A DNA stretch of 64,000 nucleotides, from contig NC_092674.1 in NCBI RefSeq assembly GCF_964355755.1, forward strand, positions 9,858,001-9,922,000, in the 5' to 3' direction. Positions 61,140-64,000 of this stretch are shown here, one piece after another (within the stretch, counting starts at the first letter, position 1; every line of letters starts with the position of its first letter). The position numbers and the translations under genes are program-made. The notes beneath the pieces are model-generated. The model saw nothing but the letters and a program-made list of their open reading frames with translations, did no database searches and was not told the DNA's origin. Source of the stretch: Antedon mediterranea (Eukaryota; Animalia; Echinodermata).

Positions 61140-61380
61140 ATTCATAAAGTTTGGGTGTATTGTTCTTTATATGGTCGCTTTTTTCAAATTGTTTCCATAT
61201 TTTTTAAACGTTGCATGGCGATTGAACACTAGAACACGATTCTACCCAAGACGGTTGTAGCATGACAACCGAAACGTCAAGATAATCTCAACCATACTTT
61301 ATTTGCACACGTGGTGTGTATCGCAAACCTAACTTTACTCATCTGGATTTAACAATTAGCATATTCTTTCAAGCACCCCT
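61140..61380 (+). mobile_element. Penelope-like element terminal fragment with decayed hammerhead motif
   Basis: cccaaga-c-ggttgt-agcatg-acaacc-gaaa-cg-tc follows the minimal hammerhead layout found in Penelope pLTRs. Confidence 0.5.
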
Positions 61381-62218
61381 ATATAAATTGTATAAGTTTA
61401 TTTCGTGCCTACAGTAGCTTACCTGGATAAACCGACAATATCCCTTTCTCCTCCAAGAGCGAGGCTATATAAACTATATTCATTGAACTATCGCTTCGAC
61501 GAATTCATAAAAAGTCATTGAATTCTAGGCTTTGTACAGTACACCATAATTTGAATTGCTTACAAAACCTTTGAGGAAGCCAATTGCCCAATCGAAAATC
61601 AGTTAAGCATTTAGGGGGTGGAGACTGATCGTTTCAAAACTGGAGGTAAACCCTTTGATCTAGCCGAGCTCAGTGTCCTGTTGTTTAGATTGCTTTGATT
61701 GAACTTGAACAGGGGCTAGAATCAATGACACAGGCTAGAAAAGACTATGCAATCTGTGAAAGCATTTAATAGGAAAGCTCTCTATTGTCTACTCACATGC
61801 TCTTTATATTCTGATTACAATATCTAGGTTGACATTATTTTGTGTTTATTCACATATTGATTATGAAATTCATGTAGTATTCAGTTTGTCATTAAATTTC
61901 ACATTTATTCTATGATTTCTCTATTATTACTCTGTGAGATTACTATTTAATGTTTATTTTTAAATCTTGCACATAAATTCTCTTGATATATAAATGCTTT
62001 GTAAGCCTTTGATTGCTTGTCTAATGGACTACCTCTCCTGAAATATCTTGATTTATTGTCCGTTATTAATAGTGGGTCCATATTTATGGTTTTGCATTGT
62101 AAATCTTTCTGTTGTTAAAATGTATGCTGCAAAAATAATAACATGATATTTTCTAATAGGACAATTGGTTTGCTGTTTAAAACTGCACATTTGTACCATA
62201 TGGCATAATGGGAAAGGA

Positions 62219-62536
62219 TATCATAGTTCATACATGTAGGCGCATCCAAGAGGTGTCCAGTCGGCCTTCCCTCCTCAATTTTGAATTCAAAAGATAGTAT
62301 CATAGTTCATACACGTAGGCGCATCCAAGAGGTGTCCAGTCGGCCTTCCTTCCTCAATTTTGAATTCAAAAGATAGTATCATAGTTCATACATGTAGGCG
62401 CACCCAAGAGGTGTCCAGTCGGCCTTCCTTCCTCAATTTTGAATTCAAAAGATAGTATCATAGTTCATACATGTAGGCGCACCCAAGAGGTGTCCAGTCG
62501 GCCTTCCCTCCTCAATTTTGAATTCAAAAGATAGTA
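62219..62536. repeat. 79-bp tandem repeat, 4 near-identical copies
   Basis: tcatagttcatac recurs at 62221, 62300, 62379 and 62458. Confidence 0.97.
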
Positions 62537-63168
62537 CATTAGATTAAAGTTCAGTACTTAATTTTACTATAATATCCCTTGCTTGTTTTACCATTCTGGA
62601 TCCACCAAAGGCTATTCCAAAGGCATACAGTAGGTTCGAGACCTGTCTGTGCCATATTGGATGTATCCTTTCTCTCAATGCATCGTCCCTCGTATAGGAC
62701 TTTAGGAGTTCGTTTGTGTTCTGTCATGTTTCTTCAACTAGGCTTTCTTGGAAAAAAAAACAAGTAAAGTAGAGAAAAAAATTAAATGAAAATAATTTTA
62801 TAATAATAGTACACTGTGACTTGAAATGTGCTTTGATTCATGTGATATAATTATAATATTCAAGAAACTGCTCTGTTGGTCCAATCACTGTCAACTACAA
62901 ACCACAGATTAAGATCACACAGATATTAACACTGGAATACATCTGTACTGCAGAGGCTAGACCTGTTAATGAAACAGTCTAGATTGGGGAATCTAGTGTT
63001 CCACAAGATCACTTTACGATTTCAAGTGAAATTTTCAAATTTTCAAAATTGCCAAAGGTTGTTTCTGAAATGGAAATATTTTAGGAAAAGTATCCAAGTC
63101 AATGATCATTCCATTATTTAACAAAAACGATAAAAAAAAAAAAAAAATACTATCATATTAAGCATACT

Positions 63169-63458
63169 GTAGTTGTTATTATTGTTATTGTAATTGTGCT
63201 TTGCTACTACAAGTATAAGAGAAACCAAGCCACTGACTATGATGATACCGTTGTTGCTGAGATGAGAGGCAGACAAGAACATGGATACCAAGTACCAGAA
63301 GAAAATTCCACACTAGATTATCAAACATTAAAAGCAATGCACACAGAGATGATGGAAAGCTGGACTATGTTGATATTTACGGCTGCCGATGATGCAACAT
63401 CATTATGGTACTGTATGAAGATATCCACCCACGGACTAATTATAAAAATGTTAATTAA
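63169..63458 (+). pseudogene. Relic of a single-pass receptor TM segment plus Tyr-motif cytoplasmic tail
   Basis: VVVIIVIVIVLCYYKYKR then DYDDT, GYQVP and DYQTL. The -1 frame continues with DYVDI, LYEDI and NYKNVN*. Confidence 0.4.
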
Positions 63459-64000
63459 TTAAACCTTTCAGTTTTGTGTCAATCAAGCTGAAATGTGGCT
63501 GTTTATAGAATAATCCATATCAATAATGACAATTAGGAGTACTGTATTCTTGGTATTACTGTAAAACATTTAGCTGTTTATATCATTCCTAATTTTTTTT
63601 ATTAAAGATGTACAGTAGCTTATTTCAAACTGTGAAAAAGAAATATGAATAAAATCAAATTGAATATGTATTGTAGATGGAGAAATATTCTAAATATTTA
63701 AGCTTAGAATTTGCGAATTTTCTTTTTTCTTTTTCTGTTATTAGTACTATAGTACGTTTGTTGATATGGATGAAATTTTTCCAAAATAAAAAGAAATTGT
63801 ATACACCATTTTGTACTTAAGTTATTCAATTTCACCATAGAACCAAAGATGAGCAAAATAAGGAATTTTTCTTTATGAAAGAAGACATAAAGGGCGGTTA
63901 CATTTAACCAGAATGGTGTTGCTGTTGTCTTCCAGACAATAGGCTTCCTTTAGATTACAGTTATGGGTAAATAAATGTTTTTATCCAATTGTTGGTCAAA

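Noticed and set aside
48509-64000. Further SH3RF exons (SH3 domains)
   Set aside because: No ALYxY/GDL/WxxG SH3-type coding segment was found by eye. A very short exon could have been missed.

Overview
AT-rich, intron-rich animal genomic DNA. It is not prokaryotic and has no CRISPR, rRNA or intact tRNA. The repeat content (Deu/Nin-type SINE, TAGGCCTA clusters, many MITEs) suggests an invertebrate deuterostome such as an echinoderm, which is an inference. Three genes are supported. (1) The first coding exon of a METTL7/TMT1-type methyltransferase lies on the minus strand (496 to the window edge) and is absent from the ORF track. (2) A complete FHIP1 (FAM160A) gene on the plus strand has 9 coding exons over 5283-42236 and encodes 1236 aa, with all splice phases checked by hand. 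(3) The RING-finger first coding exon of SH3RF/POSH lies at 48176-48508, and its intron runs off the window. Introns carry nested DNA transposons, Helentron-type elements, SINEs, LINE tails and five tandem arrays. The best leads are: a frame-complementary pair of candidate FHIP1 microexons (17+34 nt), the second preceded by a 166-bp array that multiplies a YCAY-rich acceptor and AG|GT ratchet-like sites; an Asp-to-Asn change at the SAM-binding residue of the METTL7 protein; inverted repeats bracketing phase-0 exon blocks; a Harbinger derivative keeping a Myb/SANT fragment; a decayed Penelope-type hammerhead ribozyme; and a receptor TM/tyrosine-motif relic in the SH3RF intron. No wholly new system can be proven from sequence alone.
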